Assembly (NCBI GenBank): GCA_016795425.1
Contig: JAEUHG010000165.1
Span: 21,024-85,023 of the forward strand
Source: Verrucomicrobiales bacterium
GTDB lineage: Bacteria > Verrucomicrobiota > Verrucomicrobiia > Limisphaerales > CAIMTB01
Direction: 5' to 3'
DNA length: 64,000 nt
Below the pieces are notes generated by a model. That model saw nothing but the letters and a program-made list of their open reading frames with translations, was not told the DNA's origin and did not search any database. This document shows, one piece after another, positions 9,570 through 18,878 of the stretch (the stretch's first letter is position 1; each line of letters begins with the position of its first letter). A program made the position numbers and the translations under genes.

Positions 9570-10099
9570 AAATCGCCACGGCCTGGATGGGCGGTTGCAG
9601 CGGCTGCCACATGTCGTTCCTTGATCTCGATGAATGGCTCTTCGACCTGGCCGCCGCCGTCGATGTCGTCTACAGCCCGGTCATCGACGTCAAAGTCTAC
9701 CCTCGCGGTGTTGATGTCTGCCTCATCGAAGGCGCCGTGGCCAACGAGGATAATCTCGAACTCCTGCTACAGATCCGCGAACGCACCCGCATCCTGGTCG
9801 CCTTCGGGGACTGCGCCGTCACCGGCAACGTGACCGCCATGCGCAATCCCCTCGGCAATGCCGATCCGGTCCTGAACCGCGCTTATCTGCGTCCCGAAGA
9901 CCTCCACCCACGCCTGCCCGCGGAGCCCGGCATCCTCCCCGCGCTCCTCCCCCGAGTGCTCCCCATCCAGGAAGCGGTGCCCGTCGATTATTACATCCCT
10001 GGATGCCCGCCTCCGGCGGCCCGCATCCGCGCCATCCTCCAACAACTGGTAGCCGGTCAGGTTCCCACCCAGACCGGTGCCGATCTCACTTACGGCTGA
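9557..10099 (+). CDS. hoxY: [NiFe]-hydrogenase small subunit HoxY
   Basis: The likely start is [23 protein letters not shown] (ATG 9557, overlapping the hoxU stop). It has the proximal-cluster Cys motif GGCSGC and a C-terminal PGCPP. Confidence 0.9.
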   Translation: MDRLKIATAWMGGCSGCHMSFLDLDEWLFDLAAAVDVVYSPVIDVKVYPRGVDVCLIEGAVANEDNLELLLQIRERTRILVAFGDCAVTGNVTAMRNPLGNADPVLNRAYLRPEDLHPRLPAEPGILPALLPRVLPIQEAVPVDYYIPGCPPPAARIRAILQQLVAGQVPTQTGADLTYG

Positions 10100-10110
10100 C
10101 CCACACCCCT

Positions 10111-11532
10111 ATGGCCCGCTGGATCAAGATCGACCCGGTGACCCGCATCGAGGGTCACGCCAAAATCTCCCTCCTCCTCGATGACTCCGGCCAGGTGGCC
10201 GACGCGCGCTTCCATGTCACGGAGTTCCGCGGCTTCGAGAAATTCTGCGAGGGCCGGCCCTTCGCCGAAATGCCCGGCATCACGCCGCGAGTCTGTGGCA
10301 TCTGCCCGGTGAGTCACCTCCTCGCCTCCGCCAAAGCCTGCGACCAGATCCTGGCCGTCGATATTCCCGTCGCCGCCGAAAAGCTCCGGCGCATGATGAA
10401 CCTCGGGCAGATCATTCAGAGTCATGCCCTGAGCTTCTTCCACCTGAGCGCCCCGGATTTCCTCCTCGGTTGGGACACCCCCCCCGAACGCCGCAATGTC
10501 TTCGGCCTTATGGCGGCGAACCCCGATCTGGCCCGCGCCGGAATCCGGCTCCGCCAGTTCGGTCAGGAGATCATCGAACATCTCGGCGGACGCAAGATCC
10601 ACCCTGCCTGGGCCGTCCCCGGCGGCGTGCGCGCCGGCCTGCCCGAAACCGGCCGCGACGCCATTCGCGCCAAACTTCCGGAAGCCCTCGCCACCACCCG
10701 CACCGCCATCGCCCTGTTCAAACAGGTCCTCAAATCCCACGAACAGGAGACCCAGGTCTTCGGCAATTTCCCCAGCCTCTTCCTCGGCCTCATCGCCCCG
10801 GACGACACGTGGGAGCACTACGACGGCAAACTCCGATTCGTCGACGGCGGGGGAAATGTCATCGCCGACCAGATCGATCCCGCCCGCTACAAGGAATTCA
10901 TCGGCGAAGCCGTCGAACCCGCCTCCTATCTCAAGTCCCCTTACTACCGGTCCCTGGGTTATCCCGCCGGACTCTATCGCGTCGGACCGCTGGCCCGGCT
11001 CAACATCAGCAAGCGCATGGGAACTCCCCTTGCCGACGAGGAACTGCGGCACTTCAAGAGTCTGGGCTGGGGCGCGGTGACTTCTTCGTTCCTCTACCAT
11101 TACGCGCGCCTCATCGAAATTCTGGCTTCCATCGAGCGCATTGATCACATGCTCGACGACCCCGACCTGCGTTCCACCCGCCTGCGATCGGATGCCGGCA
11201 TTAATCGTCTCTCCGGGGTCGGGGTCAGCGAGGCGCCGCGGGGCACCCTGTTTCATGACTATCAGGTCGACCCCGACGGCATCATCACCGGCGTCAACCT
11301 GATCATCGCCACGGGCCACAACAACCTGGCGATGAACCGCACCATCGCCCAGATCGCGCGTCATTACATCCAGGGCAACACCATCCCCGAACCCATGCTC
11401 AATCGCGTCGAGGCAGGCATCCGCTGCTACGATCCTTGCCTCAGCTGTTCCACCCACGCCGACGGACACCTCGCCCTTCAGATCACCCTCCTCGATCACC
11501 GCGGTCAGGTCATCGACGAGGTCGTTCGATGA
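10111..11532 (+). CDS. hoxH: [NiFe]-hydrogenase large subunit HoxH
   Basis: The start is [16 protein letters not shown] (ATG 10111). The N-terminal Ni-binding motif is [10 protein letters not shown]. The C-terminal motif DPCLSCSTH is followed by a 24-aa extension, which is the substrate of the maturation protease. Confidence 0.95.
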   Translation: MARWIKIDPVTRIEGHAKISLLLDDSGQVADARFHVTEFRGFEKFCEGRPFAEMPGITPRVCGICPVSHLLASAKACDQILAVDIPVAAEKLRRMMNLGQIIQSHALSFFHLSAPDFLLGWDTPPERRNVFGLMAANPDLARAGIRLRQFGQEIIEHLGGRKIHPAWAVPGGVRAGLPETGRDAIRAKLPEALATTRTAIALFKQVLKSHEQETQVFGNFPSLFLGLIAPDDTWEHYDGKLRFVDGGGNVIADQIDPARYKEFIGEAVEPASYLKSPYYRSLGYPAGLYRVGPLARLNISKRMGTPLADEELRHFKSLGWGAVTSSFLYHYARLIEILASIERIDHMLDDPDLRSTRLRSDAGINRLSGVGVSEAPRGTLFHDYQVDPDGIITGVNLIIATGHNNLAMNRTIAQIARHYIQGNTIPEPMLNRVEAGIRCYDPCLSCSTHADGHLALQITLLDHRGQVIDEVVR

Positions 11533-11569
11533 ACCAACGACTCCCGGATCTGGACGGTCTCAACCCTTC

Positions 11570-12082
11570 ATGTTCGACGCCCCGACGAACAGGATTTCTC
11601 CAGCGTCCATCGCGCCGGTTGTTTCGAGCCAATTTGACCTTCTCGTCGTCGGCTACGGAAGTCTCCTCCACGGCGACGACGGGGTCGGTCCTTGGATTGC
11701 GGACCTCGTCGAACGCCTTGAATGGCCCGGCGTTCGATGCCGCGCCCTGACCCAACTCACCCCGGACCTCGCATCGGATCTGGCCCAAGCCAAGGCCGTG
11801 GTGTTCGTCGACGCCTCCATCCGCGTGTCGGCCGGACACGTCCAGGTCGGCTCCTTGGACCCTGGCGCCCCGGAAACAGTGGATAGCCACCGCTGCACTC
11901 CGAAAACCCTCCTATTCCTGGCCCGTGAACTCTTCGGCCATGCCCCCCGAGGTTGGATGATCAGCGTCGGCGCCTCGGTATTTGAACTAGGGCAACCGAT
12001 AAGTCCGGCCGTGGCCCACACACAGGATACGGTCCTTCGAGAGGTGAAGGTCCTGCTCGACTGGGCCTCCGATGAGGACTAA
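11570..12082 (+). CDS. hoxW: Hydrogenase maturation endopeptidase (HoxW/HyaD family)
   Basis: LLVVGYGSLLHGDDGVGPW and VVFVDAS...H match the metal-ligand D/D/H pattern of hydrogenase C-terminal proteases. It lies directly downstream of hoxH. Confidence 0.85.
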   Translation: MFDAPTNRISPASIAPVVSSQFDLLVVGYGSLLHGDDGVGPWIADLVERLEWPGVRCRALTQLTPDLASDLAQAKAVVFVDASIRVSAGHVQVGSLDPGAPETVDSHRCTPKTLLFLARELFGHAPRGWMISVGASVFELGQPISPAVAHTQDTVLREVKVLLDWASDED

Positions 12083-12093
12083 CTCAATCAAAA

Positions 12094-12122
12094 CGGCCGA
12101 CTCCCATCGCGGGGGTCGGCCG
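12094..12122 (-). terminator. Intrinsic terminator between convergent hoxW and pseudopilin genes
   Basis: CGGCCGACTCCC-atcgc-GGGGGTCGGCCG forms a 12-bp stem with one T/G position. On the minus strand it is followed by TTTTGATTG. The plus-strand side has no U-tract. Confidence 0.55.
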
Positions 12123-12154
12123 ATATGAGCTTCCAGGACTTCGAGCGCCTTGAA

Positions 12155-12946
12155 TCAGGGCTGGTAGGTCGCGTCTTTGAACCGCTGCAAATCCCGGTGT
12201 CCCGTTCGCGCCGGCTTGTCCAGTCCCTTCAGTTTGCCCGTGTCGGCCTCGCGCCAACGCCAAATCTCGGCATGCCCGTCCGCAAAGGAAACCAGCCCCG
12301 CATTGCCGTGCCGACTGGCCGGTGCGTTCTGCCACAGCCAAACATTCGGCAAAGCTCGAACCGCGAAGAATCCGTCGTCGATGCTGTCCTTCTCCTCGTC
12401 GATGAACACGTTCGCCTGAGCCGGGCTTGGCTTGGTAATTTCCGATGACTTGCGGAAGAACGGCACACCCGGATTGACGAATTCCGCCGCGGGATCGCCA
12501 GCCATGCGGCCGTTCATCGACACCGAGCGCACCCGAACCACCGACCGTCCCCCTACCTTGAAAGGCAGAATGTCTCCCGGACACCGAAACACTTCGAGCG
12601 ACTGCGTGTAAGGCCAAAGCCGGCCGTTCCGGATGTCATTGATATTGGTTGCTCCCGGCATCGAATTCACGTTCCCACCGATCCAGGCGTTGGTGTTGCC
12701 CAGAAGATTCGGAGCCAGCCGATCATCAAAATCATCGGCATACATCACCCACCCCAACGTGAGCTGTTTGAGGTTGTTGACGCACTTGATGCCGTGCGCC
12801 TTCAGCTTCGCTTTGCTCAGAGCCGGAAGCAGCATGCTCGCCAGAATCGCTATGATGGCGATCACCACCAGCAGCTCGATGAGCGTGAAGGCGCCCGATT
12901 TCCTAAGTTTCAGTGACCTGTTCACAACAATGGCAGTGGGTCGCAT
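12155..12946 (-). CDS. Prepilin-type N-terminal cleavage/methylation domain protein, H-X9-DG (DUF1559-like) family
   Basis: The leader is followed by [26 protein letters not shown]. The C-terminal motif is [13 protein letters not shown]. Confidence 0.9.
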   Translation of the reverse strand: MRPTAIVVNRSLKLRKSGAFTLIELLVVIAIIAILASMLLPALSKAKLKAHGIKCVNNLKQLTLGWVMYADDFDDRLAPNLLGNTNAWIGGNVNSMPGATNINDIRNGRLWPYTQSLEVFRCPGDILPFKVGGRSVVRVRSVSMNGRMAGDPAAEFVNPGVPFFRKSSEITKPSPAQANVFIDEEKDSIDDGFFAVRALPNVWLWQNAPASRHGNAGLVSFADGHAEIWRWREADTGKLKGLDKPARTGHRDLQRFKDATYQP

Positions 12947-13157
12947 GGTGGTCGCGGTCTCGTTGGATGCCCCAGCTTAGGAGGGCGCCTCGGCGATGCA
13001 ATGCGCTTTTGTCGCGCACACCCAATTTGCTGGGTTCCCTTCAACCCCAGGACTCTGCAAATCCGGCGGCGCAATGCGACGAAGGCCGCCGGAAAGGACC
13101 CAACTCCAATCCAGGTCGACCTTGTCGCGCAGCGACAGGACATCGCCGCCTCCCCCC

Positions 13158-14444
13158 TCACCGACTCGCCCACCAACTTTCGAAGGTTTCCGCCGACCGC
13201 ACCACCTCCACCCGTTTTCGTCCACACCACACCACCGGGGCCAGTCCGTGCGAAAACCGGGTCTCCCAACAAATCTGATATGCCCCCGCATCCCGCCAAA
13301 TCAGCACCTCCCCAGGCCGCAACGTCCTCGGAAGCCGGTGTTCGCCCAGATTATCAAAGGACATGCAGGTCGGCCCGCAAATGAGTGTCCGCACTCGTCG
13401 CCCCTTCTTTGCCTCCAGGCTCTCCACCGTGTGGCCCTCCCAAGTCGCCACCATCGCATGCAATGTCCGTCCTCCGTCACAGATCAGCGTCCGCATTCCC
13501 CGGCCCTCTTTCACATCGCAAATTCGCACGGCCAAAACGCCGCTCGGGGCTGTCAACCAACGACCGTTCTCCATCCACACCTCCCGCACGCCCTGGGCGT
13601 GGCCCAGCACCGCCGTCACCTCCCGCCGCAGCGCTGACCAGGAAAACTGGGCGTCCAACCGCGCCCGCCCCCGATCGAGCACCGACTGCGCCGGTGCCCC
13701 GCCGCCGATATCCAGGACATCGGGTTGCCAACGCTGTTCCCCGCACAACCGCAACGCCTCCTCCATGGCGTCGCGGTATTCGGCCGCCGCGCTCACCTGC
13801 GTTCGCAGGTGAAAATGAACTACCTCGACCCTCAGCCCAGCGGCCCTCAACCAGCGTGATGCCCAGTTCAACTCGGAACCCATCAAGCCAAATTGCGTCC
13901 GGACGCCCGGGAACTCCGCATGGCTCTCGGACCGAGTGTTCAACCGCACGCCGATGCGCCAGCGATGCCTCTTCGCCAGCGGCGCCAGCGCCCGGATCTC
14001 CTCCACTGAATCGAAATTCACGCGCATCCCGTCCTGCGCGCAGTTCGGCAACCAGGTATGCTTGGCCGGCCCATTCACCAGGATTCGGTCCGGCTCAAAC
14101 CCCAGCGCCCGGGCTCCCCGCCATTCGAACTCCGAAACCACCTCCACTCCTTGCCCTTGCTCCCGCCACCATTGAATCGCCGGACGCAACGGAAGGGTCT
14201 TGAACGACCACCAATGCCGCACCGGCAAACCGTCGAAGCGGCCCCTCAACCGATTCCACTGCCCCGCCAACGCGGACTCCGAGAAGACAAAGCACGGGGT
14301 GTCGACCTGGCGCAATGCCGCGCGAACCCACGCTCGCCATGGATCCGACCTCGCCCTCCTCCCTGCTCGGTTCACCGGCCTGCGTCTCTTCGTTGGCGTC
14401 GCCATGTCCGAGGACACGCTACGATTGCCGCGTCGGCCACTCAA
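13158..14444 (-). CDS. Fold-type III PLP-dependent decarboxylase (LysA/SpeA/ODC-like)
   Basis: Motifs occur in the expected order: TPCFVFSE, SFKTLP (PLP Lys), HFHLRTQ, DIGGG, CGPTCMSFD, RDAGAY. The N-terminus is Arg-rich and the start is uncertain (14444 or 14405). Confidence 0.8.
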   Translation of the reverse strand: MSGRRGNRSVSSDMATPTKRRRPVNRAGRRARSDPWRAWVRAALRQVDTPCFVFSESALAGQWNRLRGRFDGLPVRHWWSFKTLPLRPAIQWWREQGQGVEVVSEFEWRGARALGFEPDRILVNGPAKHTWLPNCAQDGMRVNFDSVEEIRALAPLAKRHRWRIGVRLNTRSESHAEFPGVRTQFGLMGSELNWASRWLRAAGLRVEVVHFHLRTQVSAAAEYRDAMEEALRLCGEQRWQPDVLDIGGGAPAQSVLDRGRARLDAQFSWSALRREVTAVLGHAQGVREVWMENGRWLTAPSGVLAVRICDVKEGRGMRTLICDGGRTLHAMVATWEGHTVESLEAKKGRRVRTLICGPTCMSFDNLGEHRLPRTLRPGEVLIWRDAGAYQICWETRFSHGLAPVVWCGRKRVEVVRSAETFESWWASR

Positions 14445-14579
14445 CCGTCACCCGCCGAGACCACGCCTTTTCAATCCCGCATTCCAACTCCACAATGAGC
14501 CCCAACAGCACCTCGCTCCAACCCTAAGCCCACCGTCGACCACGCCACGCCTGAGCCACACCTCGAACCCCTCTTTCGA

Positions 14580-16247
14580 ATGCCACGCACCGCCCGTCCA
14601 AGCCCCGCCGCCCCCGACACCGTGCTCCCAGGCCCCAACCCACCCCCACCCGCCTGGCCCGAGACTTGTAACAATTGTTACAAGTCTCGGGCCAGGCGCG
14701 CGGTGGCAGTTTGCGTCGGGCTGGCCAGTGTCGCGGGGATTGGAGGTGCCTGGGCTGGGGATCGCGGGCAGCTCGGAGAGCGTTGGACGCGCAACATGGT
14801 GTCCGCGGAACGCCCGCTGCCGTCGCAGTTTGATGCGGCCACGGGCAGCAATGTGGTCTGGTCGGCCGCCCTCGGTACCGAAACCCATTCGTCGCCCGTC
14901 ATCGGCAGCGGCCGTGTTCTCATTGGCACCAACAATGGCAACCCGCGCGATGCCAAATACGAAGGTGACCGCGGTGTGCTGATGTGCTTCGACGAACGCG
15001 ACGGCCGGTTCCTGTGGCAACTGGTCGTGCCCAAACGTGAGGAAGACATCTACTTCGACTGGCCCAAAAGCGGCATGTCCTCGACGGCGACCATCGAAGG
15101 GGACCGCGCCTACTTGGTCGACAATCGCGGGGTGGCGCTCTGCCTGGATCTCCACGGCATGTCGAACGGCAATGACGGCCCATTCCAACTCGAAGCCATC
15201 TATTACGCCAGGCAGTCCACCAACGACCTGAACCAGGGAGCCCCGGCGGCCTTCCGTCCGGACGGCACTCTGAAACCCGAGGTTCCCGCCCCGCAACGGA
15301 TCGAGCCCGGTCCGTCGGACGCGGATATTCTCTGGATGTTCGACTTGAGCAGCGGCGCAGGGATTTGGTCACACGACGCCGCGCACAGTTCGATGCTGAT
15401 CCACGGGGACCACCTTTACCTCAATAGCGGGACGGGGGTGGACAACACGCATAAGAAGATCCGGCGTCCGGACGCGCCGAGTCTCATCGTCCTGGACAAA
15501 CGCACCGGTCGATTCCTGGCGCGCGAAAACGAAAAGATCGGCCCCGACATCTTCCATTCCACCTGGGCGCCGCCTTCGCTGGCGACCGTGGGAGGCCAGG
15601 CGACGCTCTTCTTTGCCGCAGGCAACGGGATGGTTTACGGATTCGAACCACTGACACCCGGGGAACCGTCGTCGGCACCCGCGACGCTTCGGAAGCTGTG
15701 GCAGTTCGATTTCGATCCCCAGGCGCCGAAGACCGAGGTCCATCGGTACAATCTCAACAAGAGCGAGGGCCCGAGCAATTTCTACGGGGCCCCGGTGCCG
15801 AACGGGGACCGACTCTTCGTGGCGGGCGGCGGCGATTTATGGTGGGGCAAGAATCAAGCCTGGTTGAAGTGCCTGGATCTTGCGGTGACGCCTCCGACGC
15901 TGCGGTGGGAATACTCGTTGGTGCGGCACACTTTCTCGACCCCCGCCGTGCAGGACGGCCTCGTCTTCGTCTCCGATTGCAGTCAGAACCTGCATTGCGT
16001 GGAGGCCGAGTCGGGAAAGGGACTTTGGATGCACGAGTTGAAGGGAGAAACGTGGGCATCGCCGTTCGTCGCCGACGGCAAGGTTTACATCGGCACCCGG
16101 CGCGGCTGGTTCCATGTCCTGGCTGCATCGCCCCAAAAGGAGGTGCTTTTTGAAGCGAACCTCGGGGCTCCCATCAGCGCGACCACCGTTGCCGCCAACG
16201 GCCGGCTCTATGTTGCCACCATGAGTCGTCTCTTCTCCATTCGGTAG
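14580..16247 (+). CDS. PQQ-like (BamB-type) beta-propeller repeat protein, secreted
   Basis: Blades recur, e.g. SSPVIGSGRVLIGT, GDRAYLVDNRGVALCLD, STPAVQDGLVFVSD...LHCVEAESGKGLW, ASPFVADGKVYIGT and ANGRLYVAT. The N-terminus SRARRAVAVCVGLASVAGIGGAWA looks like a Tat or Sec signal. The start is uncertain because the 48-bp palindrome lies inside the 5' end of this ORF. Confidence 0.8.
   Translation: MPRTARPSPAAPDTVLPGPNPPPPAWPETCNNCYKSRARRAVAVCVGLASVAGIGGAWAGDRGQLGERWTRNMVSAERPLPSQFDAATGSNVVWSAALGTETHSSPVIGSGRVLIGTNNGNPRDAKYEGDRGVLMCFDERDGRFLWQLVVPKREEDIYFDWPKSGMSSTATIEGDRAYLVDNRGVALCLDLHGMSNGNDGPFQLEAIYYARQSTNDLNQGAPAAFRPDGTLKPEVPAPQRIEPGPSDADILWMFDLSSGAGIWSHDAAHSSMLIHGDHLYLNSGTGVDNTHKKIRRPDAPSLIVLDKRTGRFLARENEKIGPDIFHSTWAPPSLATVGGQATLFFAAGNGMVYGFEPLTPGEPSSAPATLRKLWQFDFDPQAPKTEVHRYNLNKSEGPSNFYGAPVPNGDRLFVAGGGDLWWGKNQAWLKCLDLAVTPPTLRWEYSLVRHTFSTPAVQDGLVFVSDCSQNLHCVEAESGKGLWMHELKGETWASPFVADGKVYIGTRRGWFHVLAASPQKEVLFEANLGAPISATTVAANGRLYVATMSRLFSIR
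14651..14698. repeat. Perfect 48-bp palindrome (24+24)
   Basis: CGCCTGGCCCGAGACTTGTAACAA|TTGTTACAAGTCTCGGGCCAGGCG. I checked it base by base: all 24 pairs are complementary and the next pair (14650/14699) is not. Confidence 0.97.
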
Positions 16248-16253
16248 GTTTCC

Positions 16254-17294
16254 ATGCACCTGGTGTTGAGCGATGAAATGGACGCACCGCACTTGCGTGC
16301 GGAAGTGGAACGCGCGGTCCCTGGCGCGCGTGTCGAGAATTCCGGTCCTGGCCTTCTGGCCGTCCATGGCCTGTCGACCGAATCTACCCTGCGAACGCCG
16401 CTGGTTTTTGCGCGGCAGCTGCTGCTCGACGCCACCTTTGAATCCGCGACCTCGATCCGAGCCTGGGCGGAACTCCTCTTCAACCGGGTCTCGGCCGTTG
16501 TTACGGGGACCGGCCCGTGGCGTCTGCATGTGACGCCCCGTTACGGCCAGGGTTCCGCCGGTGCGAACCGCTGCGGCCTCATCCGCCAGACACTTCTCGA
16601 GGAACTCGGACGCCGTCGCCGTTCGTTGAAGCGGAGTCTGCATGCGGAGCCCAGTCTCTTTCGACCCGACGAATCGTTCGTCCAACTGCTGCTCACCTCC
16701 CCCGAAACAGGGTTCCTTTCGATCCTCACGGCGCCACGCCCCTATGAACTCCGGCACCGGATCGCAGGTGATCCGATGGGTGAGATTCCGTTGGCATCGG
16801 ACAAATCGGCGCCATCTCGAGCGTTTGCAAAGCTGGTCGAGGCCGAGCGCCGGTTGGGAGTGCCCATCACGGCGGACGACTTCTGCGTGGATCTCGGAGC
16901 GAGCCCCGGCAGTTGGAGCTACGTCGCCCTCCAGCGGGGCGCCCGAGTCACGGCTGTTGACCGATCCCCTTTGAGGGACGACCTCATGGTGAATCCACGA
17001 CTGACCTTCGTGCGCGGCGATGCGTTTCGGTTCGAACCTGATCGACGGGCGGACTGGCTGCTTTGTGATGTTATTGCGGCGCCGGAGCGCAACATGGGTT
17101 TGGTCCTGGAGTGGCTGCGGCGGGGCCTGTGTCGGCGGTTTGTCGTGTCGATCAAATTCAAGGGTGCCGACGACTATCGCAAACTCGACCAACTCAAGGA
17201 GGAACTCCCAGGTTTGACCGAGAGCTTCCTGCTCACCCGACTTTGCGCCAACCGCAACGAGGCCTGTGCCGCCGGTACCGCGCGCGCTCCATGA
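16254..17294 (+). CDS. rlmM: RlmM-like 23S rRNA 2'-O-ribose (C2498) methyltransferase
   Basis: The FtsJ-type core is DLGASPGSWSYVALQRGARVTAVD...WLLCDVIAAPERN...WLRRGLCRRFVVSIKFK. It is collinear with E. coli RlmM (DLGAAPGGWTYQL...VCDMVEKP...NLKLP) as I recall that sequence. A THUMP-like N-terminal half is present. Confidence 0.8.
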   Translation: MHLVLSDEMDAPHLRAEVERAVPGARVENSGPGLLAVHGLSTESTLRTPLVFARQLLLDATFESATSIRAWAELLFNRVSAVVTGTGPWRLHVTPRYGQGSAGANRCGLIRQTLLEELGRRRRSLKRSLHAEPSLFRPDESFVQLLLTSPETGFLSILTAPRPYELRHRIAGDPMGEIPLASDKSAPSRAFAKLVEAERRLGVPITADDFCVDLGASPGSWSYVALQRGARVTAVDRSPLRDDLMVNPRLTFVRGDAFRFEPDRRADWLLCDVIAAPERNMGLVLEWLRRGLCRRFVVSIKFKGADDYRKLDQLKEELPGLTESFLLTRLCANRNEACAAGTARAP

Positions 17295-17377
17295 ATCATT
17301 GGACCCTGCACACTTCGTCGCAGCGCGACGAGAGCCACCCGACTGGATCCATTTCCCATCCAGGCAGGCCCGAGTTC

Positions 17378-18874
17378 ATGGTCCAATGTCGGAGGTCTCC
17401 CGTACGAACCACGAAACGCCTGTTTCAACTCCTTGTCGTCCTGTTTGGGATGTCGATGGCCGCGTCGCACGCGACGACGCTCCCCAACATCGTGGTGATA
17501 CTCGCGGACGACCTGGGTTGGGGGGATCTGGGGTGTTACAACCGTGAGAGCAAGATTCCCACGCCGCACCTGGACCGACTGGCGACCGAGGGGACCCGTT
17601 TCACCGACGCTCATTCGCCGTCGGCGGTGTGCAGCCCAACCCGGTACGGGCTCCTTACGGGTCGCTACGCCTGGCGGACGCGTCTCCAATCCGGAGTGCT
17701 TTGGGGGTACTCGCCGCCGTTGATCGAGGAGGATCGCCCCACCTTGGCGACGCTCCTGAAATCGCGCGGATACGTCACGGCCGCGGTGGGAAAATGGCAT
17801 TTGGGTCTCGGATGGCCGACGCGGGAACCCGTGGCTTTTGGCGACTCCTCGACGCCGGCAGCGGATGTCCGTCTCATCGACTGGACTCGCGCATTGGCGG
17901 CAGGTCCGTGCACCGTCGGATTTGATACCTTCTATGGAATACCGGCATCGCTCGACATGGTGCCCTACGTTTTCATCAGAAACGACCGTGTCACGGCAGC
18001 GCCCACCGCGGTGATTCATGGAAGTCGAAGTCAACGCCAAGGCGGCGCCGGCTTCTGGCGGGAAGGCCCCATCAGCCCCGACTTTCGCATCGAGGATTGT
18101 CATCCGAGACTGGTTGCCGACGCGGTCGATTTCATTCGCCGCCAGCGACCCGACACCCCGTTCTTCCTCTATTTCGCTCTGACGTCACCCCACGATCCGT
18201 GGGTTCCCACCGCCTCCTTTCGAGGGCGCAGTCCGTGCGGCCCCCGCGGCGATTTCGTGGCAGAAGTCGACGCCGCCGCCGGTCAGATTTCCCAAGCTTT
18301 GTCCGACGCTGACCTTGCCCGAAACACACTCCTGCTCTTCACCAGCGACAACGGCGCCCATTGGCTTCCTTCGGAAGTGGCCGACACCGGCCATGCCGCC
18401 AATGGCCCGTGGCGGGGAATGAAGTCCGACGCCTTTGAAGGAGGGCACCGCGTCCCACTGATCGCCCGCTGGCCCGGCTACGTCCCCGCGGACCGAGTTT
18501 GCCCCGCGCTGATCGGGCTGAACGATCTCTTCGCCACCTTGGCTGAGATCACCCGATCGCGAATTCCCCAGGGTGCGGCGGAGGACAGCATCAGTTTTGC
18601 GAAGGCTCTGCTGGGTCGTCGCGCCGCGCCACGACCACCCCTGATTTTACACTCGATCCAGGGCACCTTCGTCGTGCGCGATGGGCCATGGAAGCTCATT
18701 GCGGGGGCGGATAGCGGCGGCTGGACCCAGAGCCACTCCAACGCGCCCGCCCAACTTTACCACCTGGATTCCGACCCGACGGAATCCCACAATCTCTGGT
18801 CCGTGAATCGCCGTCGGGCCGAGAAGATGGCGCGCTTGCTGTCCCAAATCCGCGGTCGATCCACTGCTCGCTGA
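17378..18874 (+). CDS. Sulfatase (arylsulfatase A family), secreted
   Basis: The signal peptide is MVQCRRSPVRTTKRLFQLLVVLFGMSMAASHA. Motifs are ILADDLGWGDLG and the formylglycine motif CSPTR. An alternative start at 17291 (ATGA overlap with rlmM) is possible. Confidence 0.9.
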   Translation: MVQCRRSPVRTTKRLFQLLVVLFGMSMAASHATTLPNIVVILADDLGWGDLGCYNRESKIPTPHLDRLATEGTRFTDAHSPSAVCSPTRYGLLTGRYAWRTRLQSGVLWGYSPPLIEEDRPTLATLLKSRGYVTAAVGKWHLGLGWPTREPVAFGDSSTPAADVRLIDWTRALAAGPCTVGFDTFYGIPASLDMVPYVFIRNDRVTAAPTAVIHGSRSQRQGGAGFWREGPISPDFRIEDCHPRLVADAVDFIRRQRPDTPFFLYFALTSPHDPWVPTASFRGRSPCGPRGDFVAEVDAAAGQISQALSDADLARNTLLLFTSDNGAHWLPSEVADTGHAANGPWRGMKSDAFEGGHRVPLIARWPGYVPADRVCPALIGLNDLFATLAEITRSRIPQGAAEDSISFAKALLGRRAAPRPPLILHSIQGTFVVRDGPWKLIAGADSGGWTQSHSNAPAQLYHLDSDPTESHNLWSVNRRRAEKMARLLSQIRGRSTAR

Positions 18875-18878
18875 TTCC

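Noticed and set aside
10090-11499. 469-aa ORF antisense to hoxH
   Set aside because: The plus strand encodes an unmistakable [NiFe] large subunit. The antisense translation is low-complexity and has no motifs.
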